Virus record (IMG/VR): IMGVR_UViG_3300021364_000017
Coordinates: 3,131 to 67,130 of that record
Reading direction: 5' to 3' (one strand)
DNA: 64,000 nt
DNA from: a virus
How positions within the stretch are numbered: the first letter of the stretch is position 1; the number at the start of each line of letters is the position of its first letter. This document shows, piece after piece, positions 39,501-51,800 of this stretch. A program made the position numbers and the translations under genes. Below the pieces are notes generated by a model. It made no database searches. It saw nothing but the letters and a program-made list of their open reading frames with translations, and had not been told where the DNA came from.

Positions 39501-42500
39501 AAATCCAACCACTGAATTGGGACAATTCTAGTGACTGAAGACTGAAAGTGTCAATATTTAATATTGAAGATGATTCAGAATAGTTTGGAGGAATAGTAAT
39601 TTCTCTATCATATGGATTTGTGTCATAAGTATCTGTTGGATTATTAAATGGTCCATACTTATGATTGGTTGCAGCAACTCTGAAATTGATTGAGGGAATA
39701 GTAGAACTATTGATTATATCAGAACCTCCGTCATTCATTCTGCCCCTTATTGTCTCACCAACAACAAAGGTTCCATGTAACATTTCAATTTCAATGAGTT
39801 TTGGTGTTACATAGTTATTAACATCAACATCGTCAAAGAAGGAATAAAGTCTTGTAAATGGTTTGAATCCAGTAGCATTTACATCAATATTACGAGATCT
39901 CATGAAGTTGATGATTTCTCTCTTTACAACTCTGTTTCCTAGAGACTCGGTATCAATTCTCTCGTTAACAAAGAATTGATTACCTGTTCTATTTTGCGCT
40001 AAAGTTGTAGACGTAGTTGCGGTAATATTATTGGTTGTTATGTTTGTAGTTTCCGTCTGGAATGTTTGTGTGGTTACTGTCAGACCATTGGAAGTTTGGG
40101 TATTTTGACCCGTTTGTCTATTAGAAGAATTGGTCTGAGTAGATTGATTGTTTGATAAAGATGTATTGACATCTACACCAACAGTTTGCCAAGAATTCCA
40201 AACTACAGGTGATATACCCGATCTTGAACCATCTGCTCTTGTTGTAATTTCTGCGTTAAGAGCCTCTGCAACACCTCTAAAAGATCCCTCTATTAGAACA
40301 TCATTTACTTCAAGTTCGTTAACATCAATCCAAACATCTACTTCTGGAGTAAGTTCAATACTACCTTGCCAGAATTGAACGAGGAAAGGTGTTACATTTT
40401 CAACTCTAGTTGCATATGGTTGTTGTAACCATGCATCATCCGTATAATCAAGTGTCAGAATTCTATCAGTCTTTTTAACATTTGTACCTACTACTTTAGC
40501 AAAATTAGAATCTTGATTTGTATTTGAAGTGGTACCGATACCAGATATAGCAGTAGTACCAAGTTCAAGATTTAATGCAGTGGTATAGTGAGATGGTCTA
40601 AGAATACCTCTTTCAGTGTCTATACTATTCCTTACCCCAATAGAAGTATCTTGAGTCTCAAGAGTAGTAAAGTTATCAACAAAAATACCAGATTTAAATC
40701 TATTGTTCCCGTTGGCATCCTCTACGAACAAATTGAGTGTATTTGTTTCCAGTTGATTCAATGAAGTGTAATATTCAAGATTTTTAATTCTTTGCTCAAG
40801 TTTTGCAATATCACTCATCTGATATCTTTTATTCTCAATGAATTTTACTTCTGCATCAGTCGTATTATAGAGATATGCTGGTAAGTAAATATTAGCAATG
40901 TTCATTACATTGCTTAAACTTTCTGGAAGTCTTGGTTGATCATCTGGAGTACCATAAGAAACTCCAATTGAACCCTCTCTATCAATATATAATCTATCAG
41001 CTCTGGGTAAGTAATATTCATAAGTTACAGTGAGTGATTCATCTGAAGCTATAATATTTTTGGATGATTGTAAATTGCCACTTGCACCATCAGCAAATAC
41101 TCTCCCATCAAATTCAAATGGTGATCTTGCGCCTTCGGATAATGAGTAATCAGATAATCTTGGTCGAGCATCTATGATATCAGAATTTCTTACATTTCCA
41201 ATCAATGAAATTTCTTTACCATAATCATATCCAGTGTATGAATTAATTGTTGTTATGTCACCATCATCACCTGGGTCATAAGTTGATGATGCATAATAAA
41301 CTCTCAATTTTCTGGAAGGAATTTGTGCTTCACCCCTTCTAATCAGTCTTGAATAGTCATAGAAAGTATTTCTTTGACCATTAAAGAACTTAAAATCTGT
41401 TGTAATTTCTTTTGAACCTAAATTTACCTCAGAGGAAACCGCATTTACGGTAGATTTTTGGAAATTTATTACCTCACCGTTTTTAAAAGTTGATTGATTC
41501 AAATACGTAAAGTAGATTGAATTATCGTCAAGTCTCTTTAGATATATTGCTTTTGCACCACTAGTTTTGCCGATCAAAGTTTCACCAATAATCAAATCAT
41601 TAGTTGTTCCACTTAATCCATCAAGTTGTAATAATGTCATGAATGGTGATGTTGGATCTTCATTATCCTCTGACTCAAAAATACCATAGATTTTGTAAAC
41701 ATCTACTGTATTGAGTGATATTATCTCATCTTGAACTCTTGTTCCAAATGGGAAGTTCCCATAAGTAAGACCATCATTTAAAGTGGTTGTTCCAATACCT
41801 GACGCAGAATTACTAGACTTATTGATAATCAGATCTTGAGATATATTTCTAAGTTTTGTTTTAGAAGTTACATTAGTTTTTCTAATAGTTGTAATTAATT
41901 GTGTATCAGTATCATTTGAACCAAGACCATTAATTTGAAGTGATTGAGAACCATTGGTAAAATCAAACCTGTCTTCAGTCAATACTTCTGTACTGCCATC
42001 AGATCTAATAAGAGTATATCTTTCTTCATCAAATGGTAAAAATACCTCATTAGTCCCTGCATTAATAACTGGAGTAGAATTATTGCTAATAGAGGTATTG
42101 AATTGTTTTCTTATAATAAGTTCTGATCCTACTAAATCGACGGATGAAATATTTTGTTTTGGAAATTCGCTGAAAATCGCATTGTTACTCGATGAATTGC
42201 CCGAATCAAAAGAACTTGCTCCCTTTGTACTAAGAATTTCAAGATTTGAAATCTCTTCATCTGATTGTGGTAATCCTCCATCACAAATACCATTTACAGT
42301 TGTAACTCCAACTATATTTAATTTTGTTCTACGTACTCTTGAAACCCTTCCAAAACTTACATTTTCGAAACCTGGTCTAGAATATTTTACTAAATTGCCG
42401 ACTGATGCAATTCCTATGAATGAAAATCCAGGATCTGTTGGTAATGTGATAAGAGAAGTTCCAGAACTATTCTCACTCTTAATACCGGCAGAACCAAAAC

Positions 42501-44211
42501 TACGTATTGAAGTTTGTACAGTATCTCCTGTAAAAGTTTTGGAACCACCTACATTACTGAAAACTGACTTTACGTCGGAGAGTTTATAGTTTGTATCTCC
42601 TACAACAAATCTTGAGTTATCTAAAACTCCATTAAAGAGAATTCTTTCACCTGTGAAGAAATCTCCCTCAACATTATATGCAGTTATTGTTGTAGCTGAT
42701 GAAACATTACTCTTAAGATAGCCTTTTGCACCACTTGATTCACCTTTTATAAATGTTGATGTGTTAAGTGTTACTGGTTCATTTAAAGTAATTTCAGAAT
42801 AAGTTTGAACATCAAACAATGATAAATCAAAAACGTTTAGATTTGGGAAAGTAGTGTCATAAGAACCACTCTCCAACGCAAAATCATAAACTCTAGCAAT
42901 TCCAATTTCCTTACCTGATGATAAAAATGGATCATCACCCACCCTCTCATCTCTTAAACTTAAAGTCAAAGTGGTATTAACACCAATAGATGCAGAACCA
43001 TTTACACGATTAAGATTTAAAGTTGGACCAAAACCAAAATTTACTGCTTGATTTTCAAGAGTTTTTGTTGATCTTGGTTTTTCAAAATCAATCAAAGATG
43101 TTGCAATAGTCTCTACTTCATAACCCTTGACATATGCCTTACCAGGAGAAATTTTGTAAATTCCAAGATCATCACTGGGAACATTACCGGATTGTGTAGT
43201 TTGATTTGAATTATAGATTCCTCTATTACCCTCATTATCATTAAGACTGTTTTTTACAGTTGTTACAAACTCTTTTACATAATAATTACCAGATTCATCA
43301 AATGTTCTTCTTGCAAATTCATCTCCAAGAAAGTTAAATTCAGTATTTTTGTTAATTACACGTAAAATTCCGTCTTTTACCTCAGATAACTGAATAAAAT
43401 TTGTATCATCAAAACTCCCAAGTGGTTTTTTACTAAGAGATGTAGAAATTTTCAATCTATCTGCACCTGGAGCAGTAAAATTATTAAATCCACGTGCATT
43501 ATCATTCAATGATGTATCATCATCTGACGAAATAATCTCCTCAATAACGTCTAAACCAACTCTATAAGATGGTGTGTTACTGTATTGATCTAAAATTAAT
43601 GTTTCCTCATTAACATTAACAAAATATCCTCTTATATAATAAATTCCTCTTGAAATATTAAATGAAGAACCAATAATTGCAGCATTTGAGGGTATTGTTA
43701 ATGCAAATCCTTCGCCTGATGATATAAATGTTGACGCAAAAGATATGTTTTTACCTGCTAAAAGAATTTCATTATCTAAAAATGAAATTATTTCTTCATC
43801 TGATGTTGGAGAATTCTCATAATTCAGATAAAGAGTGTAAACTCCTCTCTCCGACTCTTGATCAGTGATATATGATACTACTTTTGCAGTTATACCTGAG
43901 GTTGCTCCTGTGATAGTAGAACCAATGAGTTGATCAAGATAAACTCCGACAGGAATACCAATAAACTCTGGTTCAATTTGGACACCATAAAAATTTTGGA
44001 TGTATGTTAAATCACCAGGTATGACTTTTGTACCCTCTTTAAAGATATTATTGCCAAAATTCTCAACCTGATTTTGAAGAATTGATTGTAAGCTAGTTAA
44101 TTCCCTTGCTTGAACAGGAAAACCTGGCTTAAATAAAACCTTGTAAAAATTTGATTGAGGATCAAAGTCGTCAAAATAAGGTGCGACATTGAGATTAGTT
44201 TCCTGTGGCAT
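36565..44211 (-). CDS. VrlC-like (DUF4815) large structural protein
   Basis: MPQETNLNVAPYFDDFDP...VLFKPGFPVQARELTSLQSILQNQ...APGADRLKI...ARRTFDESGNY...DPLAQTF. Confidence 0.88.
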   Translation of the reverse strand: MPQETNLNVAPYFDDFDPQSNFYKVLFKPGFPVQARELTSLQSILQNQVENFGNNIFKEGTKVIPGDLTYIQNFYGVQIEPEFIGIPVGVYLDQLIGSTITGATSGITAKVVSYITDQESERGVYTLYLNYENSPTSDEEIISFLDNEILLAGKNISFASTFISSGEGFALTIPSNAAIIGSSFNISRGIYYIRGYFVNVNEETLILDQYSNTPSYRVGLDVIEEIISSDDDTSLNDNARGFNNFTAPGADRLKISTSLSKKPLGSFDDTNFIQLSEVKDGILRVINKNTEFNFLGDEFARRTFDESGNYYVKEFVTTVKNSLNDNEGNRGIYNSNQTTQSGNVPSDDLGIYKISPGKAYVKGYEVETIATSLIDFEKPRSTKTLENQAVNFGFGPTLNLNRVNGSASIGVNTTLTLSLRDERVGDDPFLSSGKEIGIARVYDFALESGSYDTTFPNLNVFDLSLFDVQTYSEITLNEPVTLNTSTFIKGESSGAKGYLKSNVSSATTITAYNVEGDFFTGERILFNGVLDNSRFVVGDTNYKLSDVKSVFSNVGGSKTFTGDTVQTSIRSFGSAGIKSENSSGTSLITLPTDPGFSFIGIASVGNLVKYSRPGFENVSFGRVSRVRRTKLNIVGVTTVNGICDGGLPQSDEEISNLEILSTKGASSFDSGNSSSNNAIFSEFPKQNISSVDLVGSELIIRKQFNTSISNNSTPVINAGTNEVFLPFDEERYTLIRSDGSTEVLTEDRFDFTNGSQSLQINGLGSNDTDTQLITTIRKTNVTSKTKLRNISQDLIINKSSNSASGIGTTTLNDGLTYGNFPFGTRVQDEIISLNTVDVYKIYGIFESEDNEDPTSPFMTLLQLDGLSGTTNDLIIGETLIGKTSGAKAIYLKRLDDNSIYFTYLNQSTFKNGEVINFQKSTVNAVSSEVNLGSKEITTDFKFFNGQRNTFYDYSRLIRRGEAQIPSRKLRVYYASSTYDPGDDGDITTINSYTGYDYGKEISLIGNVRNSDIIDARPRLSDYSLSEGARSPFEFDGRVFADGASGNLQSSKNIIASDESLTVTYEYYLPRADRLYIDREGSIGVSYGTPDDQPRLPESLSNVMNIANIYLPAYLYNTTDAEVKFIENKRYQMSDIAKLEQRIKNLEYYTSLNQLETNTLNLFVEDANGNNRFKSGIFVDNFTTLETQDTSIGVRNSIDTERGILRPSHYTTALNLELGTTAISGIGTTSNTNQDSNFAKVVGTNVKKTDRILTLDYTDDAWLQQPYATRVENVTPFLVQFWQGSIELTPEVDVWIDVNELEVNDVLIEGSFRGVAEALNAEITTRADGSRSGISPVVWNSWQTVGVDVNTSLSNNQSTQTNSSNRQTGQNTQTSNGLTVTTQTFQTETTNITTNNITATTSTTLAQNRTGNQFFVNERIDTESLGNRVVKREIINFMRSRNIDVNATGFKPFTRLYSFFDDVDVNNYVTPKLIEIEMLHGTFVVGETIRGRMNDGGSDIINSSTIPSINFRVAATNHKYGPFNNPTDTYDTNPYDREITIPPNYSESSSILNIDTFSLQSLELSQFSGWISTSMILTGATSGAEAKVTNVRLISDRVGTLQCSYFVPSPSNPANPTFETGRTNFRLTSSSTNSLVEGIVSTAGESIFYSQGDLDTTQESTLSVRNATVRQFDVSQSRSLSDNSSASTTIVSTDTNTDTTSTSQSVLVPPAPIPTRLPGNGRGRIDPLAQTFIVDDPTGVFITKVDVFFQSKDANVPVLFEIRETNLGTPTQRVLPFSAVSVNPDNVNISSDGTVPTTINLEAPVYLNPGREYALVLLSKSTEYRVWISRLGEADVSTLGQESGQILVTEQPLLGSLFKSQNASVWTPSQFEDLKFTLYAAIFKSQGSVTFFNPDLPSDLSLIDPNGLKINSKKIRIGLGVTVSDSELVIGNTVKQLNGVGEGTLVAFAGSITSDLSITNSGIGYTPSSGSFTYTGVALTSITGKGLNATADLTIQNGSVTGATINNGGNGYVIGDVLSPITVGDLNLGSGIQLSVQAILGSNTLVIDNVQGDFTTNSSFPLYYDNNSGITTELNSSVGGGVVPLSINVTEQGNYIRVFQRNHGLYSNVNTVTISDVKSDTAKTTLSQDYNFDSTTFIVTNNIPTHFNTFENIGVAGTNPGYVKIGDEIIEYTGVDGSALVGVTRGIDNTVVQNHEKGESIFKYELNGVSLRRINTTHELSNVNSSELNEQPIGLDYYYIKIQTNTNGSNRSSSNSEGFVPLYFNENKVGGGPSVKGTYNLPFNLITPKVTTITPLGTNILSQSRTISASSVSGNQESYLDKGFQQTTLYDKNYFDGLRMIASRENEKLLLNGDILPGKKSFALNFTLLSNNSRISPVIDLDNASVVFTMNRVNRPITDYISDFRVNNTEEDPNRFIYVSKNVTLENPATSLEVLLDGYASNFNDIRVFYALNQDVPVEEVIFTPFPGFNNIDTNGSIIDISQNDGNSDKRVPTVDSYVPEPTSDQFREYKFTIDDVVAFKSFRVKIIGTSTDQSNAPQIRNLRVLSFA

Positions 44212-44216
44212 ATCTC

Positions 44217-45803
44217 TTAGAATTGCAAGATAACTTTAACGTCTTCTTTCTGTGAAGATGATCTAGTAACAGAGGGTCTGTTGTCAACATAAATGATGTC
44301 ACCAGAATATTTCTGAGACTCTGGATTAGAAACTCCATTAGTGAATTTCTGACCCAGGAAGTATGTCCTATTATTTAGAGTGGTAGACACACCTGTAAAA
44401 TTCTGGTCAATTGTCAGTTGAGAACCTTCATTTGGTTGTATAATAAGACTTCCTCCTATTGAATCGGGAGTTGCGGTAAATCTTAATTGTTCAAAACCAT
44501 ATTCTGGATCATTTTGACTGTCGTTAATGTTGTCAAAAGAAGTTTTGAATCCTGCAGTTCTTCTATCCTGCCAATATTTTAAAACTCCAGTCTGTTTATC
44601 ATATGAAACGACTTTTCCAACTGCAGTTGAACCAATTCCTGTACTTGTATCTTTGAAAATTGTTTGTGTAACAAAACTATCTGCGGTAAATGATGCTTCT
44701 CCTATATCTCCTACAAGTTTTAGAGCATAAAGAGCACTTGCTTTATCTTCACTTAAATTGGTTACTGTGTTAAAACTTTTTGGATTTTTAACAATTCCTA
44801 CTCTAGCATATTCATTTCCAGTTATAAAATCCGGGTTTTGGGTATCATTCTCAAATCTTGCATACGAAAGGACATTATAAGCACCCAATTCTCGATAAAT
44901 GTCTGCACCATGACCACCAGGAGGAGGTATAATTACATTAAAAGATGGATCTTCGGTACCTTTTGGAACACCACCACCATTTAAATCGAGTCTTCCAAAT
45001 GAATATCCACTACCACCCTTCGAAACTGTAACAGACTCTACCTTTGAATCGTTATTTACAACAATTGTTGCTTCTGCACCCTTTCCATCACCAAGAATTG
45101 GAACTGTATATGTTCTATTAGCATCTCCAAGACCAGTTCCCCTATTTCTAATAGTTACTATTTTGATTTGGCCAGAATTTTTTGCATTTTCTCTGATAGC
45201 ACTATAAATGGAACTGGTATCCCAATCATTTGGTACAGGAATGTAACTGGTAGATTCAAATTTTACGATTTGACTAGGATTTATTGTATAAAGATATTTC
45301 CAAATATAACCGTCACCACTACTTCCAGCCTCTCTTGGTTCCAAATCTGTAAAATTAGGTTCATCAAGAGATGGTCCACCATTAAATGAATTATCAGGAT
45401 TTGAATTGTTGAAAAGACAAATATAAACCTTAAATTCGCTATTAATTACGTAGAAGTTGGAATCGTAGATATCAAATGCGTTAGATGGTAGAGAAGGATT
45501 AGTCCTACTGATATCATTCCTCCACATATCATATGTGGTTCCTGACTGCCATTTAATTTTTTTTACTACCTGACTTACATCCCCAGAATTTATCTTTTTA
45601 AGGGCCAACATTGTGTCCCAATAAAAATTAGATTCATCTAAATTATCTTTAGGTGCGGGAGGATTTGAATCCCAATCAATCTGGAATTCTGTCGCATCAG
45701 GCAATCCAATCCAAGCATAATATGAATTATTAGAATCTTTAACAGAATCTACAAAATTCTTGGCATTTAATATACGAAGTTGATCAGTAATTATCGCAGC
45801 CAT
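44217..45803 (-). CDS. g8: Baseplate wedge subunit gp8
   Basis: MAAIITDQLRILNAKNF...FYVINSEFKVYICL..N...DGYIWKYLYTI...YSGDIIYVDNR...QKEDVKVILQF; late promoter TATAAATA at 45825-45832. Confidence 0.9.
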   Translation of the reverse strand: MAAIITDQLRILNAKNFVDSVKDSNNSYYAWIGLPDATEFQIDWDSNPPAPKDNLDESNFYWDTMLALKKINSGDVSQVVKKIKWQSGTTYDMWRNDISRTNPSLPSNAFDIYDSNFYVINSEFKVYICLFNNSNPDNSFNGGPSLDEPNFTDLEPREAGSSGDGYIWKYLYTINPSQIVKFESTSYIPVPNDWDTSSIYSAIRENAKNSGQIKIVTIRNRGTGLGDANRTYTVPILGDGKGAEATIVVNNDSKVESVTVSKGGSGYSFGRLDLNGGGVPKGTEDPSFNVIIPPPGGHGADIYRELGAYNVLSYARFENDTQNPDFITGNEYARVGIVKNPKSFNTVTNLSEDKASALYALKLVGDIGEASFTADSFVTQTIFKDTSTGIGSTAVGKVVSYDKQTGVLKYWQDRRTAGFKTSFDNINDSQNDPEYGFEQLRFTATPDSIGGSLIIQPNEGSQLTIDQNFTGVSTTLNNRTYFLGQKFTNGVSNPESQKYSGDIIYVDNRPSVTRSSSQKEDVKVILQF

Positions 45804-45846
45804 TTTTTATGGAACTTTTTTTTCTATTTATAGGTATATTGAATGT

Positions 45847-48800
45847 TTATAATATATAATTATCAAATTTTAGGGGATTGAACCTCTGAACAATTGGTGA
45901 TGTTGTTATACCTGCATATGGTTGTGGAGAAAATTCCAGTGCAGTGGAACTTACCCTATTAATAAACTCAATTTTACCATAAGAATATTCACCATATATT
46001 CTAGCATTATTAAAAGATCCATTACCGCTTGAGCCAGAAACCAAAAATTCTACTCTTCTAATAGTTGTTGTTCCAAGTCCCACATTTGATAGATCCTTTT
46101 CGAAATCATAAGCCTTTGTTGCTCTGTAAATTCCATCAGCAGTATCATTACTCAACAATGAAAAATTTGAACGATTGATGACAAATACATCGTTCTCCTC
46201 TATTTGACTTATTGTAATTGCAGTACCAACATTATTAGCACTTCTTACAAATGAATCCTGAGGTATGTAAAGTTCAATTGTAAGAAGATCATTTGCAGAT
46301 TTTGCAAATCCTACAATCTGTCCTTGATCACCACGATATGAGTTCACTTCAATAGTCTCTCTTCTTAATGATGGTTGTTCAACTATGATCAATGGATCTT
46401 GAGTATAACCAGCACCTACATTATCAATTGATATTGAAAATAATTGATTACCAACAACTGTTGCTGAGGCAGTTGCACGTGTTCCACCTACTTTATCATC
46501 GGGCTCACTTATAGAAACAGATGGTGAAATAAGGTTGGAATATCCAATTCCATTATTTGTAATAGAAATTGCTGCAACTTCTGAACCTGCAATACTTACA
46601 TTAGCAGTTGCAGGAACAATTTCGGATTGGTCAGTAATATTAATCTTATCCTGATAATCGATGAGTATTGTCTCTCGATTAAAATTAAACAATGGTCTTA
46701 ACGTATCAACATATACAAAATTACTAGATAAACCAACAAAAGAAGTAATATAAGCCGAAGGGAAAATAGATGGCTCTTGAGAGACTCTATCTTTGGTTAC
46801 AAATTTTCCATCAATAGATATGTCAGTAGTTTGTTTACACCAAGTTACAGGTCTAACAATGGTTTGATCAGTTGTAACTCCAGGATTAATATATGGGAAT
46901 GTATTAGTAGTATCTAATGTTGTAATTCCAGTAACAGTTCTTGGATCTTGTGACAATGCAATTGATTGCCCTCTCTCAATATCATTATTAAGTTGTAGAG
47001 AATCCCCTGGCTTAACTGTTTCTAAAACATCAACAAGAACAACGTCAACATTTGGAGTTCCTTTATAGAAAAGAATTTTTGAAGTATCACCTTCTTTTGG
47101 TGGTTCAGTAAATTCTATGTCACCACCACCTGTAAATTTATATGCCTCTCCAGGTACTTGTAAAATATCATTAATAGTGACAATAAGATTTTGGGAAAGA
47201 ACAATACCTGAACCTTTTACCGCAACAATTGCAAATGGCTTACCTGCAATCGTAAGTGGAAACTTCCTTTCAATTCCGTCAAATTTGTTATTTAATTTGT
47301 CAAATACCTCAATTTCTCCTAATGTCCACCCATTGAATGTATCACGATAGACATCTGATACTGTAATTTCAAAATTATTATCTGAAAAATCAGAAGTAGT
47401 TGGAATTCCGTTTGGACCACCAGTTTCAATTGTTAATCTTTCCCCAATCCCATATGCAAAACCTCCACTGATCAGATCGAAATCTATAACACTGGAACCC
47501 TGACCAACTGTGATATCAACTCTTGCCCCAGTTCCAACTCCAGTTTGACCTTCGGAATATATTAAAGGAATGTTAGAATATGGTATTGGTGCATCAATGA
47601 CAATTGATGGTGGGTCACTTCGCTTTAAACCTGATCCTCTATTGTCTATATTAATTGCAACTATGTTACCATTTTGTACAGTTGCTGTACCTATGTTGAA
47701 AATTGATGTTATTCCTGTATTCGGATTGACATAACCAACATTTACTACAGTCTGAATTCCAACTCTATAACCGGAACCACTGTTCCCAATTGAGACACTT
47801 TCGATTCTTCCAAATCTCACAGTGCAAGTTGCACCGGCTTGTATTAATGGTTGATAGCCTAATCCATTAGTAGATCCTAAAGATATAATTGTTCCACCTC
47901 TTGGAACATCAGATTTATTTGGATCATCTTCTGAGGACAAATTGTCTCCAGTGTAGACGATACTTGTAATTCCAACCGACTCCACTAATCTGAAATCCCC
48001 AATAGTTTCTTGTGTTCCTTTTGGTTCTTGAATAATATTGGAGTTAATAATAATAGCTTGTTGAGTTGAAAACCCAGTTACAGTATTTCCATTACTTAAT
48101 AATGTAAAGTTTCTCTCTTGACCATTGAATTGACTCTGTATGTTATCAAAAGTATAATTTGTGAAGTAAGTATCAAATGTTTCATTTTCAATGCCACTTC
48201 TTAGGAATGTTCTTCCCTGAAAAGATGAATTTGTAGTAATTCCAATATAATCCCTATCATCAGGACTTCCCGTAGTAGTTCCAATTGGAGTTTTACCAAA
48301 TGGTGCCGAAGTGAAATGGATTATATTGCCTAAAATATTATAATCTCCACCCATCAGTTCAATATTTGCTCCGTTACTATGAGTTTCAACTTTAGTGCCC
48401 AATTGTCCCCTAAGAACTCTAAATGAATTTGTACTTTCAACACCTATGTCTTGAATTAGCATAAATTCATCATCAATTTTAATTAAATCGTTGGCCTTAA
48501 ATGATTGTACACCTACAACATTAAATATATTATCAAATATTATGTTCTCATCCAATGTTGTCGAAACATTTACCTCTGTTAAAGGTGCCTGGATTAAATT
48601 GTCAATCGCCACCAACGATTTTGTATTTTGTTTTTGGGAAGTAATTTTATGATCTGTTCCAATACCAACTGATGTGATGTCGATTAAATTGGGTGAACTG
48701 AATAGAGCATCTGTAGCACTTACAGCAAACCCAATCTTAGAATCACTAATCTTGACTATAAAGACTTCTGTTGGTAATTTATCGGTAGTAACTCCAGATA

Positions 48801-51800
48801 TGTTTGTCGGTGCAATGTTAATTGCATTGGCACTTGAAGACTCAGAATTCTCATAACTATAATTTACTTTTTCGCCAGTTACAAAGTAGTGATTATTAAT
48901 AGTAACTTGATTTGATGTTGTATTAACAACTGAAGAATCACTTCCATTAAATATTCTTTCGAATATTGGGAAATTATTATTCTTCAATTCAAATGCAGTC
49001 TTCTTATCAAATTCTGTACCTGTATAATTTCCATAATCTGAAAAGAGAATATTATTATTTAAATCACTAATCGAATTAATTCCAACAATATTATCATAAT
49101 TCTTAAGTGTTATACCAAAAGTTATGACATTAACTGATGTATTTGGATTCGGTGTAAATTCTAAATTAACTTGAGAACCACTTACCGATGCACCAACAGT
49201 ACCTAAACCACAGCAATTCGATAATACTTGACCATATTTTACGATATTAAGAGTGTCTGAATCAACAAGATGACACTCAAACATTTCATATTCGTCGTTT
49301 GTTACATCTTCGATAGTAACCAAGAAGTAACCTGAGGAAAATGGATCTGAATAAGAAGCAATTGTTTGTGCTACAGGATTGCTGTGTTGGAATATTGACA
49401 AATAATATGATTCCAGATTGGAAACTTCCAAACTTTGTGAACCTACATTATTATTTTGGTTATGAACTTCAATTACAAGGACATTTGCAGTTATTGCAGT
49501 CCCAACGATAGGAGTAAATTTGACATCAATATTACTTCCTACAGTATTTGCACCAAATGTTCCAAATCCTGAAGTTACACCAGGAGCAGTATTAATGTCA
49601 CCATACTGAAGAAGTTCGACTTTACCCGAATCATCATGAAGAATATTTAATTCTGTGTAGAAGTAATTATTCTCAGCATCTTCAAGTTGAATATGTACTT
49701 TTGCGGATCTATGTGCAGAATCAATTTGTACAAGTGTAGTTTCAGTATTAACTGGAACAACCAATGAAGATGATCCTATTGATATAATGTCTCCTAATGT
49801 GGTATTACCTACTCCTGTAACACTTTCTACACCACTGAAAGAGAAGTATGATATATCGTAATTATTAAATTTGAAATTGTTTGGGAAGAAAGTAAGATCC
49901 CATTGATCATCATTTTGTCTATCATAATCAAATGAACCAAGTGCGATGTTTGATTCTATTGAACCATATTCATTTACGTAACCATTTGATCCATCTTGGA
50001 TTACAGTTACAGCACTGAATTGTTTTCTGTTTCTAAGTTCACTATCTTGAACTAATGTGAATATTTTGTTCCAAGCATATTTGTTATCAAAAGTATCTAC
50101 TACAGAGAATTTTGTTTCTCGAGCATTTGAATTAAATTCTTCACTAAAATCATCAATTTTTAAAACTCTGTTTCCTCTTGATTCAAAAAAGTCAATTAGA
50201 ATTTTATTTTCTAATACTATATTTGTTGATACTATTTTTCCATCTGATATATTTGAAGTTCTTTCTGTTGCACCATCAAAATCATAGAAACAATAAAGTG
50301 ACTCTTCACCAATTACACTGACAACCGACACAACATCAATTTCAGCAACTGTAACAATACCAACTGCGGTATTTTCAACCACTAAATCACCAAATTTTTC
50401 AAAACCAGAAATGTGACTCAGCGAACTAACAGGATCATCCCACCTATCATAGGATATTTTAGATTTAAGAGAATATGAAAAGTTTTGATAATATTCATTA
50501 TTAGGTATGACCTGTAAACTATCATTTAAGAATCCAGAATTTTTCTGCCACCCAGAAATAAAAGTTGCTCCAACTCCAAGTTTAATTGTTGAATTAAAAT
50601 CAATTAAATCCTTAACAACACCAGCATTTCCCGATCCTTGAGAAATAATAGTTGATCCTTTTTCGAAATCTTTATCAGACTGAACATATAAAAATCCACT
50701 TATTGGATCAAATCTTTCAATAATACCAACACCGCTTGGATTAGTTACTATCTCCCCTTTAAAGAATGGAGAGGTTTTAATAGAAGCTTCAAAAATAGGA
50801 AAGAATCTTTCTGGAACAACCGTACCAGATTCAAAAGTGGTTACATTTCCAGGAATTTCCCCATTTTCTAAGAAAGTTGTCAAATCGTATTCAATGTAAG
50901 CTCCATTACCCCCAAGATTTGGGTCAAGTGACTTAATTTCAAACAATGAATATTCATAATCCTCTGAGTTATAACCTTTGCCAGTAGTACCTAATCCAAT
51001 TGCAATATTTTCAACCAATACAGATTCACCAACAACAAAAGGCCAATCACTTTCCTTGCTAAATTGATTCTTAAATCCTAACCTTACAATTTTTGTGTTT
51101 TCATCATAACTTACAGAACTTATACTAAATCCATTTGTATTATTGGTAGGTATAAAAGTTGGGGGAGTTAAATTAAGTGAATTTGTGTTCTTAATGATTC
51201 TAACTTGATCATCTCCTAGATTATAATCTAAATCAACATCAATCTGTTCATTAGTCAGTCCATCCAAAACTATTAAATTTGGTGCTTGACTGTAGTTAAT
51301 GCCTGCGGAATTTACACCAATTGAATCAAATTTCCCTAATGGAGTAACTAAGAGTACTTGTGGAAGATTTGCAATTACATTTAGTGTTTTATCTGATGGG
51401 TAGCCAAAACCAATATTATTAAACTTTGTAGATAAAACTTTTCCGATCGTGTTGGATGATGGTCTTAGTAAAGCACCACTACCGGTTTCACTCATTACTG
51501 AAGAAAATCCTGGAAGTGATTTAAATCCAATTCCCTTGTTAAACCCATTCAGTTTACTTATTGGTCCTGTAGTATTTTTAGATACTGTAGTATATGTGAC
51601 ATTTTTATTAAATGAATTATTATTATCAGGATTAAATGGAATATTGTAATCAAACGTATTGTTAGTTATATTAGAGATAGTATATGTACCATCAAATTTA
51701 TTATGCACTAAATTTATAGAATTGTTATTAGGTACATCCACATCTTCATATATTTTAAGTTTTTTATCAGGAATATTGTCCAAATTAATTGGATTAAAGG